Source: Eledone cirrhosa (Eukaryota). Taken from it: a DNA stretch of 64,000 nucleotides. The translations under genes were made by a program, and so were the position numbers. Positions 23,883 to 36,645 of this stretch are shown piece after piece (the first letter of the stretch is position 1; each line of letters opens with the position of its first letter). The notes beneath the pieces were generated by a model. That model saw only the letters and a program-made list of their open reading frames with translations, made no database searches and was not told where the DNA came from. Where the stretch lies: positions 103,664,001 to 103,728,000 of the forward strand of contig OZ024742.1 in the NCBI GenBank assembly GCA_964016885.1. The letters are read 5' to 3'.

Positions 23883-25828
23883 TCATCATCATCATCATCA
23901 TCATCATCAGGTTTAGCGTCCGTGTTCCACGCTTGCATGGGTTTGGACGGGGGTTTTCCCACTTGAGGCAAGAGTGGTTGTCTTGCTCGCATAGGACTGT
24001 CTGGCGGGTTTTCTACAGTTGGATGCCCTTCCTAACACCAACCACATTTACAGTGTGGGGCTGGGAGGTTTTTACCGTGTTGCCTACACGGCCACATTAC
24101 AGCGTGGACTGTCTGGCGAGTTTTCTACAGCTGGATGTCCTTCCTAACACCAACCACATTTACAGTGTGGGGCTGGGAGGTTTTTACCGTGTTGCCTACA
24201 CGGCCACATTTACAGCGTGGACTGTGTGTTTTTTGTCGTGACACCTACACGATCTCATTTGTTTCGGCCTGGATGTTGTGGGACCAACATAACTTTACAT
24301 TGAAAGGGGCGGTGTGGGTGGGGTGGAGGTGGTGGGACGGGGGTGTGTTTTGATAGAGATGCCTACTGACTGTAGTAGGTTTTTACTTTGTATTTAGGTA
24401 AGGCGGGTCTTCTCTATTACTGAGTACCGCCAAAGGTCTCGGTCCAGTGACATTGTCTTGGAGAGGTGTAAGCGTGTGAGGTCGGAATTTATCAGCTCGT
24501 CCCATGTTTTTCTGGGTCTGCCTACTCCGTGGCTACCGTCTATCTTTATTGCCCTGCACTTTGTTATACAGCTGTCGTCTTTCATGCGCATCACGTGACC
24601 GTACCAACGTAGCCTTCTCTCGAGTAAACAACATCTGATCCCTCTTATTTCTAATTTTTTCCTTAGTTCGTTTATGCTTTGCCGTTCACGTATATTACTA
24701 TTGCACATCCAGCGGAGCATGCAAGCTTCGTTCCTCTCTAGTCTGCGTATATCCTCTGCACACAATGCCCAGGTCTCACTGCCATGCAGCATTGCTGTTC
24801 GTATGCAGGCATCGTATAACCTGCCTTTCATTTTTAGGGAGAACCCTCTAGCGGCTAATAGTGGTATAAGCTCTCTGAACTTTTTCCATCCAGTTGTGAC
24901 TCTAGCTACTGTACTTTCAGAGCACCCTCCCCCACTGCTGATTTTGTCACCCAGATAACGGAAGCTGTCCACTATTTCTATAGAACCCTCTGCGCAGTTG
25001 AAGGAGCTAGTATTTCGTGGGCACTTGCTGCTACTTATTGCACCAGAGCACCGGCCACATGTAAAATCTATGTTCTTAGTTAGCTTACCTGTGATCCCAC
25101 TACATCTTTTATGCACCCATACTTTGCATTTGGGACATAAAATGGAGTTTCTACCTAACCAGATGCCTTCAGCATCTCAGCAACTATTTCCGAAGGACCA
25201 GCCGCCTTACCCGTCTTCATATCTTTGATTGCCTTACTTATTATACTACCTTCAACTAACACTGCTGGTCCCTCTATTGGATCGATCTGGGGGAGACTGT
25301 CTTTCTCCCATTTGTTCTCCTCATTTAGAAGCCTTTCGTAGTGACACTTCCAAGCTACCTTCTTATCAGCGTCGGTGATGGCAAGTATGCCATCATCGTT
25401 AAGTACACACTTCTCCCCGACAATATCTCGGTTTTCCTTGACACATTGCCTGGCAATCCTGAACACCTCACGTTTTTGGTCCTCACGTTGTAGAACATGC
25501 TTGAACTTTCTTTCCTCTGCTTCCCTTCTTGCGAAGTACACTTGTCTCCTAGCTTCCCTCCTGGCCACTTGATAGTCTTCTCTACTTCCCCCATCCCGCC
25601 ATACTTTCCAAGCCTGCTTTTTGGCCTTAATTGACTCCTCCACCTTACTGTTCCACCACCATGTTACTCTCCTCCTACCTACAGGCCTGCTCCAGCCACA
25701 GACTTCGTCTGCCGCCGTCAGCAGGTTTGCTCTCAGGAATTCCCACTGTTCCTCTATATTATACGACTCTAATTGCTCTTCCTTACTGTCGAAAGCGTCA
25801 AGTAATATGCTTTGAAATTTATTTCTGC
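23883..25828 (-). mobile_element. RTE LINE, tandem copy with ~0.8-kb internal deletion
   Basis: 3' ~1.27 kb matches the neighbouring copy; at ~25157 it jumps from the finger region to AEMLKASG, deleting the RT core. Confidence 0.9.
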
Positions 25829-26081
25829 CTATATATACATATATGGAAAGTTATATTTAAATTGTTGTGTTACAACTAGTAAATATTTATAACTGATATA
25901 AAAGCACTCGACAAATATTTGGAGTATATTTACAATATTTTTTTCTCTCTTTTTCTCTCTTTCTCTCTCTCTTTCTTTCTCTCTGTGTACAATTTTGTCA
26001 CAACCAAATCAACCTTCTCAAATGCAAGTAGATGTTGTTACGGTATGTCGAATCTATTTATCTATAAGACTGTTTATATTG

Positions 26082-26147
26082 TATTTTGTCTGAGGAAGGC
26101 ATAGCATATTGTTGATATGTTATCCCTGAAATATATATAATGAAATA
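26082..26147 (+). ncRNA. Type-I hammerhead ribozyme in a Penelope terminal-repeat fragment (~25870-26190)
   Basis: tattttgt-CTGAGGA-[AGG.ATAGCATAT..ATATGTTAT.CCT]-GAAA-TATATATA-atgaaata. Confidence 0.7.
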
Positions 26148-26186
26148 AATATGGTTTTATAAATATAGTTTCCATTTATTTAATAT

Positions 26187-26257
<71 letters not shown>

Positions 26258-26270
26258 ACATATATAAGGA

Positions 26271-26439
26271 AAAGAAATCGAAAATGCAACTGGTGTCTTT
26301 TTAAGAATATTTATTTACTTCCTTTACTGGTTTCACAGTTCTTATGCTTTTCAAAAGTAGGATTGAGCAAAACCACAAACCGGTAAAGGAAATAAATAGA
26401 TATTCTTAAAAAGACACCAGTTGCATTTTCGATTTCTTT
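26271..26439. repeat. Inverted repeat (~62-bp arms), Penelope terminal-repeat-like
   Basis: AAAGAAATCGAAAATGCAACTGGTGTCTTTTTAAGAATAT pairs with ATATTCTTAAAAAGACACCAGTTGCATTTTCGATTTCTTT. Confidence 0.75.
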
Positions 26440-26527
26440 CCATTATACTTTCACCTGTGTAGGATATCTGTTTTTTTTATTTAAAAAAAAAAACATTTTC
26501 TGATACATATATATATATATATATATA

Positions 26528-28736
26528 TCATCATCATCATTTTACGTTTGCTTTTCCCTGCCTGCAAGTGTTGGACGGGTCCTATTCAGCACAGCATCTC
26601 TCCACTTGTCACGGTCCTTCGTCATCTCCTCGTGGTCTACCTCTACTGCGTCTTCCTTGTACTGGGATTTCTTGGCACTTCTTTACCCAGCGGTCATCCT
26701 TCATGCGCATCACATGTCCATACCATCTCAGCCTTCTCTCCTGCACACCACAACTTATCCTTCTTATACCCAGTTTCTTTCTCGACTCGTCTATGCTTGG
26801 TCATTGATTCACGCACATTGGCATTGCACGTCCAACAAAGCATACTTGCATCATTTCTCTCCAGCTGTCCCTTATCTTCTGCAGTTGCTGCCCATGTCTC
26901 ACTACCATGCATCATCGCGCATCTCACACAGGCATCATATAACCGTCCTTTCGTACGCAGGGAGAAACCCTTCTTAGTCAACAGAGGAAGCAGCTCCCTA
27001 AACTTCTTCCAACCCGTCCTTATTCTAGATACTGTGGCCTCGGAACACCCCCTCTCATGCTAATCTGATCACCTAGGTACCAGAAGCTATCAACCACTTC
27101 TATAGAACCCACCTGCATTGGAAAAATATGTCTATCACTGCAATTACTACTGCCAACTTTCCCTGTACATCTACTGTATACGTAGTTTTCCCTACCTGTT
27201 AGTTTGCCTGCTATCCCACTACATCTCTTGTGTACCCAAGATCTGCATTGCGTACATTTTATGGAATTTATGCCAGTTCCTTTCCTACATATCGAACATG
27301 GCCATTTCCCCGATGGAATCAGAGTATTGTCCTCTCTTCTACTCATCAACACTTTTGTTTTAGTTATGTTCACTCTCAGGCCTCTTGATTCCAACTGCTG
27401 TTTCCATAGCCAGAATTTATTCTCTAGCTCCTCTACTGATTCTGCTATAAGAACCAGATCGTCAGCATAGAGAAGTTCCCATGGGCAGCCAGTCTTAAAC
27501 TCCTCTGTTATGGCTTGGAGGACTATAATAAACAAGAGCAGACTGCGGACCGAACCCTGATGTACACCTACTTGTATCTGGAATTCCTCACTAAACTCCA
27601 TTCCTATTCTCACTTTACTGACAGCACCTCTGTACATAGCTTGCACTGTCCTCACAAGCCATTCCTCTACACCTAGTTTACTTAGGGACCACCAGATGAC
27701 AGATCGGGGTACCCTATCAAAGCCTTCTCTAGGTCTACAAAATCTAAGTATAGTGGCTTATTCTTCTCTAAGAACCTCTCTTGTAGTTGCCTCACTAAGA
27801 AGAGGGAATCTGTTGTACTTTTCCGAGGCACAAAACCAAACTGCATCTCGTCTAATTTGACCCTTTCTCTAATCAGTTGCGCTAATATTCTCTCTGCCAC
27901 TTTCATAACCTGATCCATCAGCTTTATGCCCCTATAATTGCTCCTCTCTAGAGCATCCTCTTTACCTTTGTAAAAATTTATGAGAATACTACTGCACCAG
28001 TCTTTGGGTATGACACCACCATATATAGCTTGATTAATGACACGTGCAACTAGTTTAGTGCCTACTTCTCCTGATGCCTTCAGCATCTCAGCAACTATCC
28101 CCCAACGGTCCAGCAGCCTTACCATTCTTCATTTCCTTAATTGCCTCTTGTACCCTATATTCATCAATCTCAATAGTTGGTCCCTCTGTCGGGTCTACTG
28201 GGTGTAATTTTTCTCTCTGTCCCATTCGTTCTCCACATTCATCAGTCTCTCATAATGACATTTCCAGGCTTCCTTTTTTTTTATCATTCATGACACTAAG
28301 TATACCGGCATCATTCCGGACACACTTATCTCCAACAACATCCTGATTTGTACTGACACACTGCCTTGCAATGCGGAACACCACACGTCTCTGATCTTCC
28401 CGTTGCAGAACATTGGCAAATCTCCTACTCTCAGCCTTCCTGCGTGCTAAGTACACCTGACGTCTAGCTTCTCTCTTAGCGGCTGTGTAACCTTCTCTAC
28501 TCCCACCATTTTTCCAAGCTTTCCATGCCAGTCTTTTGTCTCTAATGTCCCTATCTACCGTGCTGTTCCACCACCAGGTCACTCTCTGTCTGTTTGAAGC
28601 TCTGCCCCAACCACAAGTTTCTTCAGTAGCCTGCAGTATGTTGTCACGCAAGAAATTCCAGTTATCATCTATGTCATACGATTCTAAATCGTCTTCCTTT
28701 TCGTCATACACATCTTGAAGGGCTTTTCTAAATTCA
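26528..28736 (-). mobile_element. 5'-truncated RTE LINE, second family, frameshifted
   Basis: ORF pieces 28250-28711, 27682-28125, 27020-27655 (YADD), 26694-26981; (GAT)n tail. Confidence 0.9.
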
Positions 28737-28756
28737 TATATAATTACATAATAAAC

Positions 28757-28828
28757 AACACATTACCAAAGGTTTCAGGAAACTAGATGATCTTAACAGA
28801 AACGTCCAGTATGTTCATCAGATAAGTA
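28757..28828 (-). ncRNA. Hammerhead ribozyme motif in a small inverted-repeat fragment (28741-28868)
   Basis: Minus strand: ttat-CTGATGA...GAAA-CCTTTG-GTA-atg. Confidence 0.5.
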
Positions 28829-28956
28829 TTCATAAAAAAATTATATTGTGTTATTTATTATGTAATTAAATAGCTCTGTACTATACATAGAGCACTCTTC
28901 TTTCCTTTACCTTTTCTATGGAAATACATAACTTATACATATGTATATATACACCT

Positions 28957-29250
28957 CATCAGCATCATCATCACCGTTTGACGTCCATTTTTCCACACTA
29001 GCATGGGTTAGACGAGTTGTCCTGTTGTGGGCAATGCTAGGTCAGGTGACCATGTCTGGCAGATTCAGAACTGATTTTGGCTTGGTTTCTACAGCTGGAT
29101 GCCCTTCCTAATGCCAACCTCATTTACAATGCGTACTGGGTGCTTTTTGTCGTGTCACCAACACAACCTCTTTACAGTGTAGACTGGATGCTTTTTGTTG
29201 TGTCACCAACACAACCACTTTACAGTGTGGACTCGGTGTTTTTTGTCATG
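28957..29250 (-). mobile_element. RTE-tail short element with ~49-bp internal repeats
   Basis: Reverse complement of the 4890-5242 type. Confidence 0.65.
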
Positions 29251-29356
29251 ATACATATGTATATATATATAATCAATCATGAAAAGTGCGTCACACCTGA
29301 ATAAACTTAATGAAAATTTGACACCTCATCCATACTTATTATTAATTATATATATA

Positions 29357-29552
29357 TGGCGGTGAATTGGCAGTATCAGTAGAGGGTCGGACACCATGAT
29401 TTGACGCATAGAGTTACGGCCCTTGCCATTCTGAGTTCAAATCCCGCCGAGGTTAACTTTGCCTTTCATCCTTACGGAGTCGATAAAATAAAGTACCAGT
29501 AATGTACTGGGTAATTCCTGGCCTTGTACCAATAGTAGAAACTATTATTAAT
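29357..29552 (+). mobile_element. SINE family B, full length
   Basis: GGCGGTGAATTGGCAG...CTGAGTTCAAATCCCGCCGAGGTTAACTTTGCCTTTCATCC...TAGAAAC. Confidence 0.75.
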
Positions 29553-29685
29553 TATATATATATTGATGATGATGATGATATTCTCCATTTATCCACTCCC
29601 ATCTTCCACCCACCCACGATAACCCAATATCATGTATATAAAATGAACACGGGACATATGTCAACAGTTTGGATGGGACCATCCA

Positions 29686-29812
29686 TGTAAACTCTCATAT
29701 CTGAAGAAGTGTCGATTAAGAGTTGGGATCCGATCACATGATCAAACCCGAGCTGATAGAAATAGATACAAATTGTAATATGAAATAAAGTTTACAAAAA
29801 GCTGCAGTTCTT

Positions 29813-29849
<37 letters not shown>

Positions 29850-29945
29850 CATATTACAATTTGTTTCCCTATCAATCAGTTCAGGTTTGATCATGCAATC
29901 AGATCCTGACTCTTAATCAACACTTCTTGAGATATGAGAGTTTAC
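29686..29945. repeat. Inverted pair of Penelope-like terminal fragments with degenerate hammerheads
   Basis: 29686-29782 (catat-CTGAAGA...ACAAATTGTAatatg) is inverted at 29850-29945. Confidence 0.6.
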
Positions 29946-30638
29946 GCCCCTAATAATATATATATACATGTACTACTGACCCCATAACATTTAATGCCAC
30001 TCATTCTTCGCCACATCTGACCAGCTGAGAGTGGGATGGGGATGAGAGAGAGTGGGTTCTTACCTAATAACTGATTAGTCTCTTGTCAACCACTAAAACT
30101 GGAGACAACTCTTAGCCCATGATCTCTAAAGAAATTAAGAAATCAGGAAGAAAGACATGCAATGTTTGGTTCATCTCTACTTATAAGTGAAGTAAATAGA
30201 GAACATTTTATTATTGACAGTAGTAGTATTTAGGGTAAGGTCTTTGTGAATCTACTCTTCAATGAAGGTTTGGTCTATCATCATCATACTCATCATTTTT
30301 ACATTGACTTTTACATGCTGGCATGGGTTGCATGAGATATTTGTAGGCAAAGGTTTGCTGCTGGCTGCTCTTCCTGACACCTAACCCTTTAGTACCTATT
30401 CTAAACCAGATACACACAGCTGCCAGTTGTAGTTATTTCCCTTCTTAGTCGACTAATACAACTTCCATTCCTTCATTGATGGATATGTCTGATCCTGAAA
30501 GATAAAGTTACAAACTCTCTTCATCACACTAAAGCATAGCATAAATTAATATTCACATTTAATTTTGTTTATTCATTTCTAATTTATTAATTAGATCTGT
30601 AATTTTGATTTGTAATTACCTTTCATTTTCTTGAATAG

Positions 30639-30728
30639 ATATTGGTCATTCTATAAACTATAGAAAATGTCCTTATATCAAAGCTGCCAAACAAAGCCAT
30701 TGCAAACTTAATGAAGATTGTCCAGACG
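30639..30728 (+). CDS. Host gene coding exon 2 (end of signal peptide, first part of WAP-like module)
   Basis: tttcattttcttgaatag| acceptor, 90 nt open in phase 1: (D)IGHSINYRKCPYIKAAKQSHCKLNEDCPD(G), |gtaatt donor. Confidence 0.8.
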
Positions 30729-30743
30729 GTAATTATCCATTAA

Positions 30744-30916
30744 ATGTGTTCTACATAAACAACTTATACATCTTCAAGTGTTCTACATAGACAACTTATA
30801 TATATATTAATGTGTTCTACATAAATAACATTTATGTCTTAATGCGTTCTACATAAATAATTTGTATGTCTTCATGTGTTCTATATAAACAACTTGTATG
30901 TCTTCATGTGTTCTAA
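30744..30916. repeat. ~31-bp tandem minisatellite, 5-6 units
   Basis: TGTGTTCTACATAAA.AACTT.TA..TCTT units directly after the exon 2 donor. Confidence 0.8.
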
Positions 30917-30941
30917 AGTTCACAAAGGGTAAATACCTTAA

Positions 30942-31220
30942 CGTGGCTTAGTGGGTAGAGCATCGGTTCACAATCGTAAGGTGTGAGTTCAATTCCAAGA
31001 CCAGTTGTAGAAATGAGTTGTGACATCACTGGTGCCAAGCTGTATTGGCCTTAGTCTTTCTCTTGGACAACATTGGTGGTGGGGAGAGGGGAAACTAGTA
31101 TGCATGAATGACTGCTAGTTTTCCACAAAAACACCTTGCCCGGACTTATATCTCAGAAGGGAAACTTACTAGGTGCAAATCTCATGGTCTTTTATGACCA
31201 AAGGAGTTTTTTACTCTTTA
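30942..31220 (+). mobile_element. SINE family A with internal deletion
   Basis: tRNA-like head joined to a 3' part matching 2580-2750. Confidence 0.6.
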
Positions 31221-31689
31221 TCTCTAAAGAATAAATATAACCTTAACTCCAAATTAAAGTAAAATCTAATATGATGCTTTAATGTTCGGATCTGTAAAGG
31301 TTCATATTTGTTTTTGTCTTTATATCTTTGTCATCTAAAAGTTGTATTTAACTTTTGGAAGATATTAACTGGTTTGGGCAATCATGTTCTGTTTTGCTTG
31401 GTGCAGATACTGACTCTACAGGGTACTTTTGAATTTTTTTACAAACTTTCAATGTATCAAATTCAAGACTGGTCTACTAAAACTGTAAAAGTGAAAGCAA
31501 TAAGATGTCTCCCTTCTAAATTATTATATACATTACTTGTAATGCCAGTGGGCACATCTCTAACTAGTTTTGGTGGCATGTTTGTATATATGTATATATA
31601 CATATGTTACCTGAAGCAATACATCTTTCTGTGTGTGTGTATATACATATGTATATATATATATATATATAAGCAGAAGGGATATTCAA

Positions 31690-32745
31690 TTTGTTGGTAA
31701 TTCAACAAATATAAATGTTTATAACTGATTCAGAGCACTCGACAAGTTTTCTGGAGTATAATATTCAATGATATTAAATAAATGGAAACTATATTTATAA
31801 AACCATATTTATTCTATTATATATATTTCAAGGGTACCAAAAACTTTGGTACGCTTTCATTAGATAATTTTGACATAGCCAAGGTTGAAGTTTTCCTTGG
31901 ATAGTGGACTTAAAGACAGATTTTTCAAAATTGTTAAGATGAGTATGCAAATGAATATGTAAATTAGGCTGAGGTATATGTTTGAAAAAACGTTATTTTA
32001 GACGCTATGGAGAATTTAGATATGTGTTTGTATGAGTAGGAAAGAAAGAAAAGGAAGAGAAAGAAAAAAGAAAAAGGAAAAAAGAAAAAGGAAAAAAGAA
32101 GACCTCATATTTACGTTAATTTTGGGGAAAAAATTTGAATATTTACCTATATTATGTATATGTATATATTTTATGTATATATTTTTAACAGACATACTAT
32201 AAAACTATCCTGCTCTACTACTATGAACATAGTACAAAATAATTGTTTAGATAAAAACGTAGTTTATAAATGCACAGTTAAAACTAGAGATAAAATATTT
32301 AACTATGTTGGTGCCACTTCTACAAAATTTAAAGAACGCTGGAATAACCATAATCATACTTTTAAAAGATCTGATAAAAAATCTTCTACTTCACTTTCAC
32401 ATCTTATATGGAACTTAAAAGGCAAGAATATTCAATATCTTGGAAAACGATTTCATAAGCACCTGCGTACCGAAATACGGCTTTATCAAGATTCTGTAAA
32501 TTGTGTATCGAAGAAATTTTTTATATAGTTAACTGTCAAAACTCTATTAATCTCAGAACAGAGTTATTTTCTTCTTGCAGACATCGCCAAAATTCCACAT
32601 TCAGAACTATGTTTAATTTATAATATTCCTATAAACCTTCAAAATGATCCTATCCTCTTTAACAATTTATAATTTTTAATATTTTTAAATGTGAATATCT
32701 CTAATATTTGTAATACTTTTACCTTTCAGCAAAACATTTCTTTTA

Positions 32746-32842
<97 letters not shown>

Positions 32843-33847
32843 TTTAATTTTTCATTTTTAATTTTTAATTCTTACATAATTATTTTTCTAATGACACCCT
32901 CTAAAGATATATTTTTTAGATGTAGATTGATAATCATTAACTGACATTAGAAATATTTATCCTCTTCACGACAGTTTCTTAGATAAGCATATTACGTATC
33001 TCCTCTTTTTTGATTTTCAAACATTCACACATCTTTCGACTAAAATAATTAATCTCACACTAACTCTTCAAATGTATCGCTGAACAAACAAAATTTGAGT
33101 TATCTTTCCTTTCTCAATCCTGTAAACTTATTATATACGTAACTTCGCTAAATTAACAATATTATGAAAACATTTTCAATGCTTAACAAAATATTCAAAT
33201 CTATAAATTGTTCTCCTCTCATAACTTGAAATACCTATTTATTTACATAAAACACAAAATCAACTTCCCTCGTAACTCATATTATAAGCAACTAATAATT
33301 GTAAATTATCTATATCTCTTAAATACTAATACATATGCAATTATTAATATATACAGATATTTATACATATAACCTACTACAATATTGTAATAAGATAAAT
33401 ACTTACAAACATAATTCTCCATATAAGTATATACATAATATAGGTAAATATTCAAATTTTTTCCCCCAAGTTAACGTAAATATGAGGTCTTCTTTTCTTT
33501 TTTCCTTTTTCTTTTTTCTTTCTCTTCCTTTTCTTTCTTTCCTACTCATACAAACACATATCTAAATTCTCCATAGCGTCTAAAATAACGTTTTTTCAAA
33601 CATATACCTCAACCTCATTTACATATTCATTTGCATACTCATCTTAACAATTTTGAAAAATCTGTCTTTAAGTCCGCTATCCAAGGAAAACTTCAACCAT
33701 TAAGGTATGTTCCTTGGCTATGTCAAAATTTATAAAACACATTTTGTATTTTATCTGATGAAAGCGTACCAAAATTTTTGGTACCCTTGAAATATATATA
33801 ATAGAATAAATATGGTTTTATAAATATAGTTTCCATTTATTTAATAT

Positions 33848-33853
<6 letters not shown>
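31690..33853 (+). mobile_element. 5'-truncated Penelope-like element with inverted terminal repeat
   Basis: GIY-YIG remnant CLDKNVVYKCTV...YVGATSTKFKERWNNH (32240-32600); 31766-32155 is the reverse complement of ~33436-33853. Confidence 0.85.
33747..33808 (+). ncRNA. Type-I hammerhead ribozyme (Penelope terminal repeat)
   Basis: tattttat-CTGATGA-[AAG.GTACCAAAA.TTTTGGTAC.CTT]-GAAA-TATATATA-atagaata; the inverted copy near 31810-31868 has CTAATGA. Confidence 0.75.
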
Positions 33854-33916
<63 letters not shown>

Positions 33917-34117
33917 TATGTACACGTACATACATATATGTATACAGACGTACAGTAGTATGTATATATATATATACATGCACACATATATATATGTACG
34001 TATGGATTCACCGAACATTTATTATAATGCTCGGTGTGTTTGTAAACAAACATCCCGTATTTAGCCGTAGTGTCCAGCAACCATCGTTGCTCGTTTGTTC
34101 AACACTGACAAAGGAAA

Positions 34118-34156
34118 GCTGTACTAGTTTCAAGCTTATTAGCTATCGTCAGCAAC
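34118..34156 (-). ncRNA. Minimal type-I hammerhead ribozyme
   Basis: Exact reverse complement of 34581-34619. Confidence 0.75.
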
Positions 34157-34580
34157 GTATACCTTCCTGCCAGATTGTTGAACGTATATACTTACCTTAT
34201 GCATATTAACGGCTGAGTAGCCCAATTTGCATATCGAGTGTGTTAATCGGCCGGGTGCACCGAAAACGATAAATGGAAAAAATGAAACGAAATTTCATTT
34301 CCCACTCTTAGTACGGCTGTTACTTAAATATAAATATGTACACGTACATACATATATGTATACAGACGTACAGTAGTATGTATATATATATACATACATG
34401 CACACATATATATATGTACGTATCGATTCACCAAATATTTATTATAATGATCGGTGTGTTCCGTTTATCGTTTTCGGTGCACCCGGCCGATTAACCCACT
34501 CGATATGCAAATTGGGCTACTCAGCCGTTAATATGCATAAGGTAAGTATATACGTTCAACAATCTGGCAGGAAGGTATAC

Positions 34581-34619
34581 GTTGCTGACGATAGCTAATA
34601 AGCTTGAAACTAGTACAGC
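34581..34619 (+). ncRNA. Minimal type-I hammerhead ribozyme
   Basis: gttg-CTGACGA-[tAGCT aata AGCTt]-GAAA-CTA-GTA-cagc; palindromic stem III ACTAGT; predicted cleavage after 34615. Confidence 0.75.
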
Positions 34620-34894
34620 TTTCCTTTGTCAGTGTTGAACAAACGAGCAACGATGGTTGCTGGACACTACGGCTTAATACGGGATGTTTGTTTACAAACA
34701 CACCGAACATTATAATAAATGTTCGGTGAATCGATACGTACATATATATATGTGTGCATGTATGTATATATATATACATACTACTGTACGTCTGTATACA
34801 TATATGTATGTACGTGTACATACTTATATTTAAGTAACAGCCGTACTAAGAGTGGGAAATGAAATTTTGTTTCATTTTTTCCGTTTATATATAT

Positions 34895-34951
<57 letters not shown>

Positions 34952-35039
34952 GAACGATTGACATTCGTCAAATCGGACCGAGGAAACAATGTTTCCATTG
35001 GTCTTTCCAATTGTTAATACTATCTATCGGTCGCAACTC

Positions 35040-35165
35040 CAGGTAGAAGGAGCAACGTAAAATAAAGTGTCTTGCTCAAGGACATAACGCATCGTGCGGT
35101 CCAGGAATCGAACTCACAACCTCACGATTGCGAATCCAATTCTCTAACCACTCAGCCACATGCCA
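35040..35165 (-). mobile_element. SINE family A head
   Basis: AAGTGTCTTGCTCAAGG...GGAATCGAACTCACAACC...AACCACTCAGCCA. Confidence 0.65.
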
Positions 35166-35691
35166 TATATATATACATACATATATATATATATATACAT
35201 ACATATACATATAAACAATATATAGCAATTATTGACATTGAGATGGTGGTATGTAAATCAACCAGGAAAGGTCAAATGAATGAGAAATTCAACTGAAATA
35301 GAACTGTCTAAAAGATCATTGTGAAGGGAATTTTACATTATGTAATGATTTAATAGAAAATATCTAAAAACAGATTTGTTAATTCAAATGTTTATAGTAT
35401 CTTCATTAGTGGACATATTGCTGTGAAGGTTTGGAGTCTTCAAGTGAAGATTTGAATTTTTAATGTGATGCAGTAATAGTACTGTTTTGTACTATTCAAG
35501 AATGACTTGCAAATATGGTTTGATGTGGTAAGGGCATTAAGAGTTACTGTATATATTCATTTATAAGCTGAGAAATATGTGACAAAAAAAGTCAATGGCT
35601 AAATGAGGTTGGCTTATATTCAAGGTTATATTTTGCTGATTTTCACCAACTTCAAATTTTATATAAATAAGGTGAAACACATGCACACATG

Positions 35692-35760
<69 letters not shown>

Positions 35761-35765
<5 letters not shown>

Positions 35766-36645
35766 TCTTAGCCCTTTCCTGCTTATTATCATCCTGCAAG
35801 CTATAACGAAAGAGTTTATGACTGGCTGCCCATGGGAACTGTTATATATTGATGATCTAACCCTCATAGCCCAACTGTATAGCAGAATTAGAGAAGAAAT
35901 TCCAAACTTGAAAGCATAGCTTGAAAGCAAAAGGTTTTAAAGTCAATTTGGCAAAGATTAAATTCGTAGTAAGTAGAAATGAAAACAGGGCCCAGATCTC
36001 TTCAGGGAAATGCCCTTACTCAGTGTGCAGAAAAGGTGTAGGTAGAAATTCCATCCTATGTCCCAAATGCAAACTATGGGTATACAAGAGATGTAGTGGG
36101 ATCTCAGGCAGGTTAACAAAGAACATAACATATATTTTATATGTGATCAATGCACAAGAGCAATAAGCAGCAAGAGCTCACAGGAAACAAGCCCCTTTAC
36201 ATGCTCGAAGGGTTCCGTGGAAGTAATTGGTAGCTTCTATTACCTGGGTGACTAAATTATAATTGGAAGTGGTTGTTCTAAAAATACAGTGGCTAGAGTG
36301 AGAACAGAATGGAAAAAGATCAGGTGTGTGTATGTGTGTGTGTCAGGGGGGGGGGGGGGGGGTCCTACTCCTACTAGCTATAAAAGGTTTTACCCTCAAA
36401 ATGAAAGCAAATTGTATGATGCTTGTGTACAAACAGCTATGTTGCATGGAAATTAAACATGGGCTCTGTGTGCAGAGGACCTACAAAGAGAGGAAAGAAA
36501 TGAAACTTACATGCACTGATGAATGTGTAATAGTAAAGTGCATGAACAACGAAGTGTCAATGAACTGAGAGAGAAACTAGGCATAAGAAGGGTCAGATGT
36601 AGTGTTCAGGAGAGGAGATTGTGATGGTTTGGACATATGATGCAT
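35761..36645 (+). mobile_element. Old degenerate RTE LINE fragment
   Basis: SVLSPFLLIIILQAIT...CPWELLYIDDL, CRKGVGRNSILCPKC with stops and frameshifts. Confidence 0.8.

Larger units (their letters stand above)
33912..34888. mobile_element. Retrozyme-like ~418-nt tandem and inverted repeat
   Basis: Segments A-B-C-A' (33912-34460, period 418) followed by one full inverted monomer (34459-34888); no coding remnant. Confidence 0.7.
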
